From a virus (Duplodnaviria > Caudoviricetes): 64,000 nucleotides of DNA. Below are positions 27,866-38,033 of the stretch, piece after piece; within the stretch, counting starts at the first letter, position 1, and the number at the start of each line of letters is the position of its first letter. The stretch is from the IMG/VR virus record IMGVR_UViG_3300034356_001766, positions 712 through 64,711 of that record; one strand, given 5' to 3'. The translations under genes were made by a program, and so were the position numbers. The notes below the pieces were generated by a model. It saw nothing but the letters and a program-made list of their open reading frames with translations, searched no databases and was not told the origin of the DNA.

Positions 27866-28527
27866 AAAAAGTTATATTCGCTCTCCCAGGCCGAGAATTC
27901 TCAGGCCGATTCCTTCAATGCTGGACTGAATTAGTTTACGCATGTTTGCAGAACGGCATCCAGCCAGTTATGTCCCAGCACTACTCCCCCCTGCTGTACT
28001 ACGTCCGGAATATGTGTTTAGGAGGAGACAATCTAAGAGGTATAGATCAGAAGCCGTTCGGTGGTCAGCTTGATTATGACTACATTATGTGGATTGATTC
28101 CGATGTAGTGTTTACTCCCGATCACTTCTTCAAGCTACTTCAGGATGATAAAGACATTACATCAGGACTTTACATGATGGCTGACAACACCCACTACGCT
28201 ACAGTTGAGGATTGGGATGATGAGTTCTTCCTAAAGCATGGACACTTTCAGTTCCTGAACAGAGAGATGGTCCAGGCCAAGCAAGGCAAGCTCTTCACCG
28301 CCGACTACACAGGCTTTGGATGGGTGTTAATTAAAAAAGGAGTATTTGAATCCTTACAGTATCCTTGGTTCCAGCCCGTCTGGACGGAATATAACATCAA
28401 TGGAAAGATTGTTAGAGACTTTACAATGGAGGATGTTGCTTTCTGTAAAATGATTAAAGAGAAAGGTTACGATGTTTGGATTGACCCTTCAGTGATTGTG
28501 GGTCACGAAAAGATGGTGGTTTTATAA
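27862..28527 (+). CDS. GT-A-fold glycosyltransferase-like protein
   Basis: YIMWIDSD, GFGWVLIK, EDVAFC and VGHEK motifs. Confidence 0.82.
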   Translation: MKKVIFALPGREFSGRFLQCWTELVYACLQNGIQPVMSQHYSPLLYYVRNMCLGGDNLRGIDQKPFGGQLDYDYIMWIDSDVVFTPDHFFKLLQDDKDITSGLYMMADNTHYATVEDWDDEFFLKHGHFQFLNREMVQAKQGKLFTADYTGFGWVLIKKGVFESLQYPWFQPVWTEYNINGKIVRDFTMEDVAFCKMIKEKGYDVWIDPSVIVGHEKMVVL

Positions 28528-28568
28528 ACTAGACATAAACTTTACTTAAACTTGGTAGCCTATCTTAA
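28525..28568 (+). promoter_or_regulatory. Three TAAACT direct repeats at 11-bp period (OmpR/PhoB-type box) plus a -7 element
   Basis: TAAACT at 28525, 28536 and 28547; TATCTTAA at 28561. Confidence 0.55.
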
Positions 28569-28602
28569 ATGTAATTATTAATAAACAATTACGTTTACAT
28601 TT

Positions 28603-30111
28603 ATGAAACATTTATTTACCCTTGTAGCTCTTTCAGCAGCTACGTTATTCGGCCAGACCTCTTTCTGGACTTCAACAACTTATAGAGGAGCATTCGAACC
28701 AGCTCCTACCACCCAATGGACTGATAGCTGGACCAATTGGGATCCTCAAAGTACTACCTACCCGATCCACACCCAGACAGTTTCAGGAGAAATACTTAGT
28801 AATCTAACTTGGACAAGCAGCAATGTTTACCTAGTTCAAGGTCCGGTATACTTGAAGAGCTCGCTTACTATCCAACCTGGTACAGTAATTCTTTTTGATA
28901 AGAACACTGCAGGATCGGCTCTGATTGTAACTAAAGCAGGCACACTCTATGCAGAGGGTACTGCCACTCAACCTATTGTATTTACTTCTAATGCTGCAGC
29001 CGGTCAAAGGAATATAGGTGACTGGGGCGGTATAGTACTTTTAGGTGAGGCAGCTAACAACCTACCTGCTAACGCAACAGCAGGTACTCCTGCCGGGATC
29101 GGTAACATAGAAGGCCTACCTACTTCAGCTAATACTGAATACGGCGGTACTAACGATCAAGATAGTTCAGGTATTCTTAAGTACGTTAGAATCGAGTTCA
29201 GCGGATATGCCTACCAGCCTGATAAAGAGATCAACGGTTTAACATTTGGTTCAGTAGGAAGCAAGACAGTAGTTGAATACGTTCAAGTTTCGTTTGCTAA
29301 TGACGATGCCTTTGAATGGTTTGGAGGTACTGTAAATTGCAAGCACTTGGTTTCATACCGCAACCTGGACGACGACATGGATTGCGATTTTGGCTACAGA
29401 GGTAAAGTTCAATTTGCTTTAATTGTTAGAGATCCTTTTATTGCTGATCAGTCATCAGGTTCAACCTCAGAAGGATTTGAATGTGATAATGACGGCTCCG
29501 GCTCTAACAACGGACCTAAGACAGCTGCTACATTCTCTAACGTAACTGCTATCGGTCCACTAAGAGGTGACCTACAAGCTACAGTCGATCCTAAGTTTAG
29601 AAGAGCTTTAAGACTCCGCCGGAACAGTGAAATGAAAATCTTCAACTCAGTCTTTACAGACTTTAAAGATGGTATTCATATTGACGGAACTTCCACAGAA
29701 ACAAATGCACTACAGAGTAGGTTAATATTCCAAAATAATCTGATTGCTGGCTGCAGCGGTAAATTCATCCTCAGAGGCACTAATCCTTCTTTTGATGCCG
29801 GTGCCTGGTATTTTACTTCTAATGATACTCTAGCAGTTTCTACTGGATTGTTTACCACTCCCTACAACTACCTACAGCCTGACTATCGCCCATCAGCTAC
29901 TAGCGGACTAGACACAGGAGCAAGCTTCACCGACACAAACTTGATCGGTAATACTATCTCAGTTAACGAAGAGCAGTTAGATGTTACTTATGAGATTTAT
30001 GATTGGTACGGTAACTTAGTTTATATTGGGAAACATATACCCTACGACAGACTTAAAGGATTATATGTAATCAAATATAGTGCCAAGCTAGAAAAAGTAT
30101 TTGTATACTAA
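28603..30111 (+). CDS. Secreted beta-helix-like protein of a conserved Bacteroidota family with a degenerate T9SS-type C-terminus
   Basis: Signal peptide; PIVFTS, WGGIVLLG, SGILKYVRIEF, EINGLT and DDAFEWFGG segments; C-terminus IYD..GNLV...GLYVIK. Confidence 0.7.
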   Translation: MKHLFTLVALSAATLFGQTSFWTSTTYRGAFEPAPTTQWTDSWTNWDPQSTTYPIHTQTVSGEILSNLTWTSSNVYLVQGPVYLKSSLTIQPGTVILFDKNTAGSALIVTKAGTLYAEGTATQPIVFTSNAAAGQRNIGDWGGIVLLGEAANNLPANATAGTPAGIGNIEGLPTSANTEYGGTNDQDSSGILKYVRIEFSGYAYQPDKEINGLTFGSVGSKTVVEYVQVSFANDDAFEWFGGTVNCKHLVSYRNLDDDMDCDFGYRGKVQFALIVRDPFIADQSSGSTSEGFECDNDGSGSNNGPKTAATFSNVTAIGPLRGDLQATVDPKFRRALRLRRNSEMKIFNSVFTDFKDGIHIDGTSTETNALQSRLIFQNNLIAGCSGKFILRGTNPSFDAGAWYFTSNDTLAVSTGLFTTPYNYLQPDYRPSATSGLDTGASFTDTNLIGNTISVNEEQLDVTYEIYDWYGNLVYIGKHIPYDRLKGLYVIKYSAKLEKVFVY

Positions 30112-30146
30112 GTTGGGGAACTAAAAGGCTCTTCGTATCTTTAGGT

Positions 30147-30650
30147 ATGGAAGATATGTGCCCGTTTAAGCCCGTTCACTCGGTGGAGTGGCTGGAGAAC
30201 TACTTTGCCGAGAACTGCTTTAAGAAGCCCTACGACCGCTTTATGTGGTGGAGGGGATACGTTACTAAGAAGAAGCCTTTGTTCGCTCATGCTCACCTCA
30301 AGGATAAAGTAATGAACGGGGACTACGACTTACCTCATTACGGGTACGAAGCCGAGCTTGTAGAGCATAAGCTACGTCATGCCTACTTAACTAGGAATGA
30401 TATTACCGGGTTTAACGAAGCTCAGGGTCTGAATATGTCCCGTCGCAAGCGACTGCTCGAAGATCAGATCAAAGAAGATACCAAGCGCCTGGAAGGACTT
30501 TACAAGGACTGTAAAAAGAACTACGGCCTGACTAAGGAGCAGGTCCAGGATGAGATAATGAATCTTGATGGTGATAGCGTTAAGGATCTTTATTTGATGC
30601 TAGAAAAAAAATACGGAAAAAAAACTGTTGCCGTTCCTAAATTTAAATAG
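30147..30650 (+). CDS. Hypothetical protein
   Basis: ORF right after promoter GTTG(30112)-N20-TATCTTTA(30136). Confidence 0.65.
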   Translation: MEDMCPFKPVHSVEWLENYFAENCFKKPYDRFMWWRGYVTKKKPLFAHAHLKDKVMNGDYDLPHYGYEAELVEHKLRHAYLTRNDITGFNEAQGLNMSRRKRLLEDQIKEDTKRLEGLYKDCKKNYGLTKEQVQDEIMNLDGDSVKDLYLMLEKKYGKKTVAVPKFK

Positions 30651-30700
30651 AGGAAAAGTAAATCCGTATATATTTATATAAAATAAAAAAAGTAAAAATT

Positions 30701-31003
30701 ATGTTAAAGCGTTTTTGGAATTGGTTATTAGGTAAGACTACTGTTGATGAAAAGATTGTTGAGAAAGTTCAGCAGATCAAAGTAAGAGCAGAAAGGATTG
30801 AAAAAGAGATTGAAGATGTAGTTGTTGCTGTAAAAGAAGTAGGTAAGCAAGCCTCCGATGTCGCTAAAGCTGTGAAGGGTTCACCGAGCCGCACTCGCAA
30901 GCCAGCAGCAAAAAAAAATGCTCCTGCACCGACTGCAACTGCAGTTGAAGCTACTCCTGCTGCCAAGAGAACAGCCTCCAACGGTCGCAAATCTAGCAAG
31001 TAG
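30701..31003 (+). CDS. Small basic protein with Lys/Ala/Pro-rich histone-H1-like tail
   Basis: RKPAAKKNAPAP...AAKR; follows TATTTATA at 30671. Confidence 0.65.
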   Translation: MLKRFWNWLLGKTTVDEKIVEKVQQIKVRAERIEKEIEDVVVAVKEVGKQASDVAKAVKGSPSRTRKPAAKKNAPAPTATAVEATPAAKRTASNGRKSSK

Positions 31004-31245
31004 TGAATCCTAACTTGAACGTAAGCCTGGATCAGACCCTCCCTGTTGAGTGTGAGGAGTGCGGTGGGCTTTACTTTGAACAGGCTCTTCACATCCGAAA
31101 GGTATCTGGCTTGTTAACAGGGACTGGACAGACCTCATACCTTCCGATCCCGGTCTTTGCATGTAAGGCTTGCGGACACGTTAACACGGAATTTTTACCT
31201 AAAGAGTTAAAAGATTTGCCGGGTGATCAAGACAGTACAAATTAG
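31003..31245 (+). CDS. Zinc-ribbon protein
   Basis: CEEC...CKAC. Confidence 0.75.
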   Translation: MNPNLNVSLDQTLPVECEECGGLYFEQALHIRKVSGLLTGTGQTSYLPIPVFACKACGHVNTEFLPKELKDLPGDQDSTN

Positions 31246-31348
31246 AGTTCAGTTCAACGAACCGATCTGGATGTATGATGGACTTCAAGAGTCTATCTAC
31301 GATGATTTTACGGACGAAGAAGAGTAACTAAAAAGTTAACTTTTCTTT

Positions 31349-31375
31349 AGGGAGGGACTTCAGGTCCCTTTTCCT
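31349..31375 (+). terminator. Probable intrinsic terminator
   Basis: AGGGAC-TTCAG-GTCCCT-TTT. Confidence 0.6.
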
Positions 31376-31445
31376 GTTTCTATTTATTAAGGAATTGTTA
31401 TTAGTAATTGTTGTTTAAAAGACAAAATATAATTAATAACTTTCT

Positions 31446-33380
31446 ATGAAAAGAATTTTTGTAGCCCTCGCTATACTAATAGGAGCAACAGCCCAGGCCC
31501 AGAACGGTGCCAACGAAATACTGCCAGCCCCTAACTCCGCCACCCCTTTTATACTTGTTGACACTCTGTTTACTCTGAGTAACTATCCAGCCACTTACAC
31601 TGACGTGTACATCCACTTTGCCAACCCGACTGCAAGTCCGGTTAAAGCTGTTCAGTTTAGATTGTACTACGACAATACTAAATTCTCTGGAGCGACGATG
31701 TTCTGGGGTCCAACAGCACAGCCCATCGCCGATAAGTACGGATCTTACTTCGATGTAAATGCTAGCGGGTATCTCAACATAGTAGCGACCTACACCGGTA
31801 CCAACACCACCTATGACTGGAATGACGGTGCGATGTTTAAATTAAGACTTACTCACGGTGCAAACTACAAAGGAGTTGTTACTCCTGTAGTTACTACCGG
31901 AGCCGGATCCTATACCAGTCTAGCGACAGTAGGCAACGGAACGGACGTAGCTCTTACCCTATTTAACTACGGAGGAGCATTCCAAATGACACCTCTCACC
32001 TTCCCTATCAGGGTTAAAAACCCAGATCTATCTCCTGCACAGGGTGTCTGGTTTTCAGCAGCAAAGAGACTTAAGTCAACTCCTCAAGCTACTTGGCAGT
32101 CCATCGCTTCTGATTCTACCAACGGAAGCGGTCTAGTACAGTTCACCCATCCTGTTGATACCAACTACTGGCATCTTAAGATTTCTTCCCGTATTGATAC
32201 GATGTCAGACGGAGGCGCTATCTCCATAACCGATGCTTACAAATTAGCCAACCACGTCACCGGTCAGGACACTCTTGCAGGTACCGAATGGTATGCTGGT
32301 GATATCAATGAATCAGGAACAGTAACTATCTCTGATGGCTTCTCAGTATTCAGTAGACTAGCTCTACAAAGCACTACCTGGAGCGGATTGTTTACAGGAG
32401 TCAACAACGTTGCAATGCAATGGCCTAATAGTTTTGCAACAGCTCAATCAGCAGTAGCAGCTCCCAACTGGGGTACCAATCCTAGAATGTATAGCATCGA
32501 TACAATCGTTAACAGACTAGACTCAATCAACCCTTACATCTATGTGATCGGTGATGCTACTACAACCGGGTACAACAACCCCGCTACTATCCTTGCCAAG
32601 AAAGATCCAACCGGGAACGGAACTACCCAATACATCTTAGACCCAGGAGTCTATCTTTCAAACAAGTTAGACACAGTTCAGTTTAGGTTCCCTAAGTTAG
32701 TACTATCGGTTGACAACTTCGTTGACGTACCGGTTACCATGTACACCTTCGGCAATAAGATCGGAGCAGCTCAGATGGGCTTTGAATACGACACCAACAT
32801 CTTTGAATTTACTTCCATAGAAGCAGGACCAGTAGCTGCTAAATGGACTAGCCTGATCAGTGTTGAGAAGGGAAGAGTGTTCTGGGCCGGTCACGAAGAC
32901 AAGCTGAACCCAGGAGTGCTAGAGGCGATGAGTAATGCTTTCACTTTCAGATTCAGAGTTAAATCAATCCTAGGATGGACTTCTACTCCGATCAGAATCT
33001 TTGATAAGGCAGCCGGTAACGAAAAAGCAGTTGACCTATCGGTTAAGCCTTCTCCTAACGATGGATCGATCATCAACGGAAGAGCTGCTCTAGACCCTGC
33101 CACATTAGAGAAGATGTACGGCTTTTATGTCTACCCTAACCCGATTACAGAACTTACCAACGGATGGGCTATAGCTGAATTCTATACCGAAGACAAGCAG
33201 CCCCTCACCATAGTAGTTGCTAACATGCAGGGACAGATTCTGAAAGCTGAAAAAATAGAAGAGACTGATTTAGGTTTCCAAGTTAAAGGAATCTATATGG
33301 GTGACCTGCCCAGAGGAACTTACTTCGTAAGAATGGTTATGAACGATAGAGATAAAGTTTACAAAATAATTAAATACTAA
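31446..33380 (+). CDS. Secreted protein with cohesin-like and dockerin-like domains and a T9SS type-A C-terminal domain
   Basis: Signal peptide; AVQFRLYYD and AQMGFEYD cohesin-like strands; GDINESGTVTISDG dockerin/EF-like repeat; YPNP...GTYFVRM...KIIK C-terminus. Confidence 0.75.
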   Translation: MKRIFVALAILIGATAQAQNGANEILPAPNSATPFILVDTLFTLSNYPATYTDVYIHFANPTASPVKAVQFRLYYDNTKFSGATMFWGPTAQPIADKYGSYFDVNASGYLNIVATYTGTNTTYDWNDGAMFKLRLTHGANYKGVVTPVVTTGAGSYTSLATVGNGTDVALTLFNYGGAFQMTPLTFPIRVKNPDLSPAQGVWFSAAKRLKSTPQATWQSIASDSTNGSGLVQFTHPVDTNYWHLKISSRIDTMSDGGAISITDAYKLANHVTGQDTLAGTEWYAGDINESGTVTISDGFSVFSRLALQSTTWSGLFTGVNNVAMQWPNSFATAQSAVAAPNWGTNPRMYSIDTIVNRLDSINPYIYVIGDATTTGYNNPATILAKKDPTGNGTTQYILDPGVYLSNKLDTVQFRFPKLVLSVDNFVDVPVTMYTFGNKIGAAQMGFEYDTNIFEFTSIEAGPVAAKWTSLISVEKGRVFWAGHEDKLNPGVLEAMSNAFTFRFRVKSILGWTSTPIRIFDKAAGNEKAVDLSVKPSPNDGSIINGRAALDPATLEKMYGFYVYPNPITELTNGWAIAEFYTEDKQPLTIVVANMQGQILKAEKIEETDLGFQVKGIYMGDLPRGTYFVRMVMNDRDKVYKIIKY

Positions 33381-33386
33381 AATGTC

Positions 33387-33776
33387 ATGAGTGAAGAGCA
33401 AGAAGGCGGAATGTCCGGAGTAAAGAAAACAATCTTAGGAGTCCTAGGAACAGCCGTTACCGGGATAGGTATCTGGGCTTCTACCCAGATCAATACCATC
33501 CTAGGTATAGAAGAAGAAGGAGCAGCTACTGAACAGGTAGCTCCTGTAGAGCAGTCTAACAATCAGAGCGTTAACGTCTCCGGTCCTGCTATTACTATTA
33601 ATGTACCTGATCAGCAGCCTGCCAGAACCAATACTGTCATCAGAGAGACTGTCAGAGAGGTACCCGCTGCCCAGCCAGCTCCAGCTGCAGCTCCTACAGA
33701 AGAGAAGAAAGAAACTCCTCAAGAGAGGATGGCTCGTCTCAAGAAGCAAAAAGAAGATCAAAACGCCGGAAAGTAA
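33387..33776 (+). CDS. Single-TM protein with low-complexity tail
   Basis: Hydrophobic segment followed by a Pro/Ala/Gln-rich region. Confidence 0.7.
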   Translation: MSEEQEGGMSGVKKTILGVLGTAVTGIGIWASTQINTILGIEEEGAATEQVAPVEQSNNQSVNVSGPAITINVPDQQPARTNTVIRETVREVPAAQPAPAAAPTEEKKETPQERMARLKKQKEDQNAGK

Positions 33777-34516
33777 TGAGAACTAGAATGGATGCTATCC
33801 TGGAGATCATTTTCGCTCCTCTAGGAATATTAGTAGTAATAGGCGGTATGGTACTTGTAGGTACACTAGCTACGTCTTGCAAATCCTCGATTGGGGTGCA
33901 GCAGTACCAGGCCGAGTTTGAGAAAGCAGAACCTTTAAACTCTCTACCAGCTTTTGCAGGTGAGAGACAGATCGTTCAACTATCTAAGCTTAATGTCAAT
34001 AAGGAGTTATGGGATATGTTCCCTGAGCTTAGAGACAAAAGAGTCGGGATGGGAGTATCAAATAGAATAATTGAGAACTTCGAACAGACAGGTCGCTTTA
34101 GCTACGCTGAAGAGAAGGAAGCAATACAGACTCAGATGCTAGATGCGTGGGAGACTGAATTAAATGGACTTAGCAATGGTAAAACTAAGCTCTCAATGGA
34201 GGGTATAGCTTTGCCAAAATACATCGTCTATGCTGAAATTTATGACTTCTCTGTATCTTATACTGAAACCTACGATAAGGGAAAGACCAATAAGACTAAC
34301 ACCACCATCGTTGGCATTCAGATCAGGATGGTGAACGTTGATAACTCCCAGTACATAGTTGCTTCCGGTCAAGGGACTTCAACTCAGGTAGGAGAAGGCT
34401 TCTTTAAGAACCCTCAAATGGGCTTTGACGGCTCAACAGTAGGTGTTGCTACACAACGTGCGCTAGAGGTTGCGACAGTAAACCTTGTCAAGCGGATGGA
34501 AACTTATGGATGGTAG
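33776..34516 (+). CDS. CsgG/HfaB-family lipoprotein
   Basis: Lipobox ATSC; GMGVSNRIIENFEQTGRF, YIVYAEIYDF and IRMVNVDN..Y..ASGQG segments. Confidence 0.75.
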   Translation: MRTRMDAILEIIFAPLGILVVIGGMVLVGTLATSCKSSIGVQQYQAEFEKAEPLNSLPAFAGERQIVQLSKLNVNKELWDMFPELRDKRVGMGVSNRIIENFEQTGRFSYAEEKEAIQTQMLDAWETELNGLSNGKTKLSMEGIALPKYIVYAEIYDFSVSYTETYDKGKTNKTNTTIVGIQIRMVNVDNSQYIVASGQGTSTQVGEGFFKNPQMGFDGSTVGVATQRALEVATVNLVKRMETYGW

Positions 34517-36053
34517 ATGGAGAATAGTCTTAATTTTTCTTCTTACAGGGTTTAAAGGGTTTAGTCAGTATATTTACAACTACACCGACCCGTGTACGGG
34601 GACGTTAAACTCTATTACTATCTCACAGCCCTCCGGGTCTGTAACTCTTTTTTATGCCGGGCAATATCAGACCTTCACAGCTACCCAGTTACAGTCTGGA
34701 GCCTTCGAGTTATGGGTACAGGGCATTAATGCAGCTGCTCCTGCTGGAAGCAACCCCTGCGCTGGAAATGGGGGTTCTATCGCCACTGGATCAAATGCTG
34801 CTATTGGAACTAATACGGTCAATAACGTATCAGGCATAGTCGGTATTGCAGCCAACATTGGCGGGAGCATAGGATCTTCCTCTATCCCGGGTGGAGGCAT
34901 GGCCGGAAGCGGTAACTCTAATTCTAATTCAAATGACAATGGTACGAATTCTTCTGGTAGCGGTTCTAGTGGTTCTGGGAATGGTGGTGGTGGTGCTGGG
35001 ACTGGCTCCGGTGGTTCCGGATCAGGCTCTACAGGTAGCGGAGGGAGCACTGGGGGGAGTGGCGGTAGCGGTAGTACTGGCGGCGGCGGCTCTGGCTCGG
35101 GTTCTGGGGGAGGTTCCGGAGGAGGTTCAGGAACTGGAGGCTCTGGTTCTTCAGGCGGCTCAGGCTCAGGCGGTTCAGGATCGGGTGGTTCGGGATCAGG
35201 TCAACCTTCCTCCGGTCAGGGTGAAGGCGGCGGAGGATCTATTCCATCTTCGGGCGGTGGCGGCTCAACAGAAGGCGGTGGTGCAGATGCAGGAGCAGTC
35301 GGGGGACAAGAAAATACAACCTCAGCATCAGGTGGTGAATCCGAAAGTTCATCCAGTGGTGGTGGAGGCGGTAAAGGAGGTGGCGGTGGCCAAAAACAAA
35401 AAAGCAGGCAAGAAAAAGTAGGTAGAGGAGCTCTCATAGGCTCCGGTGACTTTGTCGCTATTAGGAACTCCGGCAACATCAGGGACACGGGTCAGGATAA
35501 TTTTAGGTTCAACTCCTCCATTACTCACGTCAATACCAAGCAAAACTTTATCAAAGGAGTTAATCTGAATTACACTACCGGTGAGAATGTTCTGAATACT
35601 ACTCTATACGGTTCCTACAAACATAAAGGGTTTATGGGGGTATTCTCTAATTCGGTGATGAGTAACTTTAAGACCGATTGGTTCAATACAGTCACTGCTC
35701 TAACAGCTCAAAAAGCAGGTCCTGTAACGATGATGGCAGGGACTAACTTTACGGCCGGGCAGCTGGGGAAGAGCTGGTTCCAGAACTGGTCTCTGATTGG
35801 AGGAGGGTTCACGAACTTTAAAGGAGGCAGGACGGTAAGCGGTAACTTAATGATGCTGGGGGTCTACTCTCCTTACATTTTCTACTACCAAGGTCAGTGG
35901 TATAGTTCAGGAGTGCTGCTGGTACCTCTCGCTAATCTTGACTTTAAACTAACAGATAAATTTAAATGGAGTATATCTTTCTCAGGAGCTTACCAGTGGA
36001 ATGCAGAAATACTTAACTACCAGATATCAACAGGAACAAAAATGTTATTATGA
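34506..36053 (+). CDS. Secreted protein with long Gly/Ser linker and predicted C-terminal beta-barrel
   Basis: Signal peptide, two N-terminal Cys, a Gly/Ser-rich tract (~34890-35390), amphipathic beta-strands. Confidence 0.7.
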   Translation: MDGRWRIVLIFLLTGFKGFSQYIYNYTDPCTGTLNSITISQPSGSVTLFYAGQYQTFTATQLQSGAFELWVQGINAAAPAGSNPCAGNGGSIATGSNAAIGTNTVNNVSGIVGIAANIGGSIGSSSIPGGGMAGSGNSNSNSNDNGTNSSGSGSSGSGNGGGGAGTGSGGSGSGSTGSGGSTGGSGGSGSTGGGGSGSGSGGGSGGGSGTGGSGSSGGSGSGGSGSGGSGSGQPSSGQGEGGGGSIPSSGGGGSTEGGGADAGAVGGQENTTSASGGESESSSSGGGGGKGGGGGQKQKSRQEKVGRGALIGSGDFVAIRNSGNIRDTGQDNFRFNSSITHVNTKQNFIKGVNLNYTTGENVLNTTLYGSYKHKGFMGVFSNSVMSNFKTDWFNTVTALTAQKAGPVTMMAGTNFTAGQLGKSWFQNWSLIGGGFTNFKGGRTVSGNLMMLGVYSPYIFYYQGQWYSSGVLLVPLANLDFKLTDKFKWSISFSGAYQWNAEILNYQISTGTKMLL

Positions 36054-36862
36054 AAAACTTAGTACTACTAGCTCTACTACCTTTAAACATATTAGCTCAG
36101 ACTTCCGAGAATACTCAGACTATATCCGATGTTACTTCAATACAGTATATTGATTTTGACAACGATGTTATGAGTAGCTCCAACGTATCGGTTGGGTACC
36201 TGGGTGATATGAGAATATTGAGTTACAACCTAACCTATGAATGGGGCAAAGAGAATGTAACAAATGGAATATTTGCATCCAATACTCCTTTCTTTAAGTA
36301 CACCAAAGTAGGGTACAGTCATAGTAGGTCTAAAACTCTTAAGAATATAGATAGAACAACCTCATACGGAGTGACGGTATCAGCATTTGCCGATCATTCG
36401 GCTATAGCAATAAGCCCTTATTTTAATCAGATTTACGAGTTTAAGAATAATACCAAACTTGGATATACGTTGTTTATTAGAGATAATACCCATGATGATT
36501 TTTATTTGTTTGAAGAATTTTATCCGGCCGCATCCTATACAAAGTACAGTGGGATGTTTATAGCAATGAAAGAATTTGAATATAAAAGATTTGTATTGGG
36601 ACCTGAATTATTTTTACTATCTTCTATAAGGACTCACTATTTTAATTTAGATGACTTTGAAGGCGCATTAGATATTTGGTATTGGAATGATTTTAACCTT
36701 AATGCATACTACGGCTCTTCGATAAAATATAAACTGACTGACAAATTTATGTTCGGTGCTAAACTCAGAAGCTGTTACGCCCACACTCCTTCAGACAAAA
36801 CTCTTGGATTTCGTAAGGCAACTCCCTATATACTTTCAATAGGATGTAACTATGATTTCTAA
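36050..36862 (+). CDS. Predicted outer-membrane beta-barrel protein
   Basis: Signal peptide, aromatic-rich alternating strands, terminal ...IGCNYDF beta-signal. Confidence 0.65.
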   Translation: MKNLVLLALLPLNILAQTSENTQTISDVTSIQYIDFDNDVMSSSNVSVGYLGDMRILSYNLTYEWGKENVTNGIFASNTPFFKYTKVGYSHSRSKTLKNIDRTTSYGVTVSAFADHSAIAISPYFNQIYEFKNNTKLGYTLFIRDNTHDDFYLFEEFYPAASYTKYSGMFIAMKEFEYKRFVLGPELFLLSSIRTHYFNLDDFEGALDIWYWNDFNLNAYYGSSIKYKLTDKFMFGAKLRSCYAHTPSDKTLGFRKATPYILSIGCNYDF

Positions 36863-38033
36863 ATTAAACATAATACTCCTGTTAATTCTACCTCTATCTC
36901 TGATAGGGCAGACAATCACCCTGACTCCAATTGGAACTCAGGACGTTAGTGGTATACCGGTTACGGTTGAGCACTACACTGCTGGAGGCTTAAGCGGTAC
37001 CGTTCAATCCCAGACAGCTTATATACCAGCTAACAGAGGAACCGGAAGTACTACAATTTTTAGTAGTGCTAATGCGGATGAAGCTTCTGCTGCTATAACA
37101 TTCCCATCTGGCTTCACCCCTACTATAGGTACAACAACCTACACCCAGGGACACGTTAATGCTAACTCTTGGTTTGGATTTGGGACTACAAGCAGTTCAG
37201 GCTACCAAGGTAGTGCAACCAACCCGAACGTTCCTACTATCCACATAACTTCAGTTGATAACGGATCCTCAGACAATAACATGTCTAAGGTTTCAACTGA
37301 AACTTACACTGATGGAACTTGGGGGGATGTGTTTAGGGTTAGGTATGAGGGGAACTGCCAGTACAGTCAATCAGGAGTAAATGTGATATGGGACTTATAC
37401 TTTGTAAAAACTCAACCTACAGTCTTTTACGTAGTGATGCGCGCATTCACTGCTGACGGTTCCAACCAAGAACAGATGGGCATTTCAAGCGGTGCTGCAT
37501 GGCTGGGTGTGAATTATATCACGACTACAAGTTATGCAGCCGGTACTGCTTTTAGCTTTACATCTTCTTCAAACCAAGGAAGCTGGTCTACAATATCAAC
37601 TCAGAATACAAACGCAACTGGACAGGTAGTAGTTTCTAATCCCACCAATAAGCAGTACAAGGTTACAATCAACACCTCTCAGAAGTTTCACCCTATTACT
37701 GACTTCAGTCTTATCTACATGATGTTTATAAAAGGTAATTTAGGTCCGTTACAGGACTGGGACTTTTACACTTGTGACTGTAATAACTCAGCTACCTTTG
37801 ACTGGGAGGATATAAATTTCTGCTATGCCTTATTAAAGTCAAACTCCCTCCATAACAAGTATATCTTTACTCAGGCAGAAAAAACTACCATTGAGGCTAA
37901 TCCTAACACTAATTATTATAACACATACTCCCCTACCCAGGTACGTACTATTGAGAATCAAAATCAATTCTACATAATGGGCACAGGAATACATAACGCC
38001 ACACAACCAACTAACGCAGGTAAACTCCAATGA
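36852..38033 (+). CDS. Secreted Thr/Ser-rich beta protein with a dockerin-like motif
   Basis: Signal peptide; DCNNSATFDWED EF/dockerin-like repeat. Confidence 0.6.
   Translation: MISKLNIILLLILPLSLIGQTITLTPIGTQDVSGIPVTVEHYTAGGLSGTVQSQTAYIPANRGTGSTTIFSSANADEASAAITFPSGFTPTIGTTTYTQGHVNANSWFGFGTTSSSGYQGSATNPNVPTIHITSVDNGSSDNNMSKVSTETYTDGTWGDVFRVRYEGNCQYSQSGVNVIWDLYFVKTQPTVFYVVMRAFTADGSNQEQMGISSGAAWLGVNYITTTSYAAGTAFSFTSSSNQGSWSTISTQNTNATGQVVVSNPTNKQYKVTINTSQKFHPITDFSLIYMMFIKGNLGPLQDWDFYTCDCNNSATFDWEDINFCYALLKSNSLHNKYIFTQAEKTTIEANPNTNYYNTYSPTQVRTIENQNQFYIMGTGIHNATQPTNAGKLQ

Noticed and set aside
34654-35543. Overlapping alternative-frame and antisense ORFs
   Set aside because: Expected shadows of the stop-poor Gly/Ser codon tract of 34506..36053
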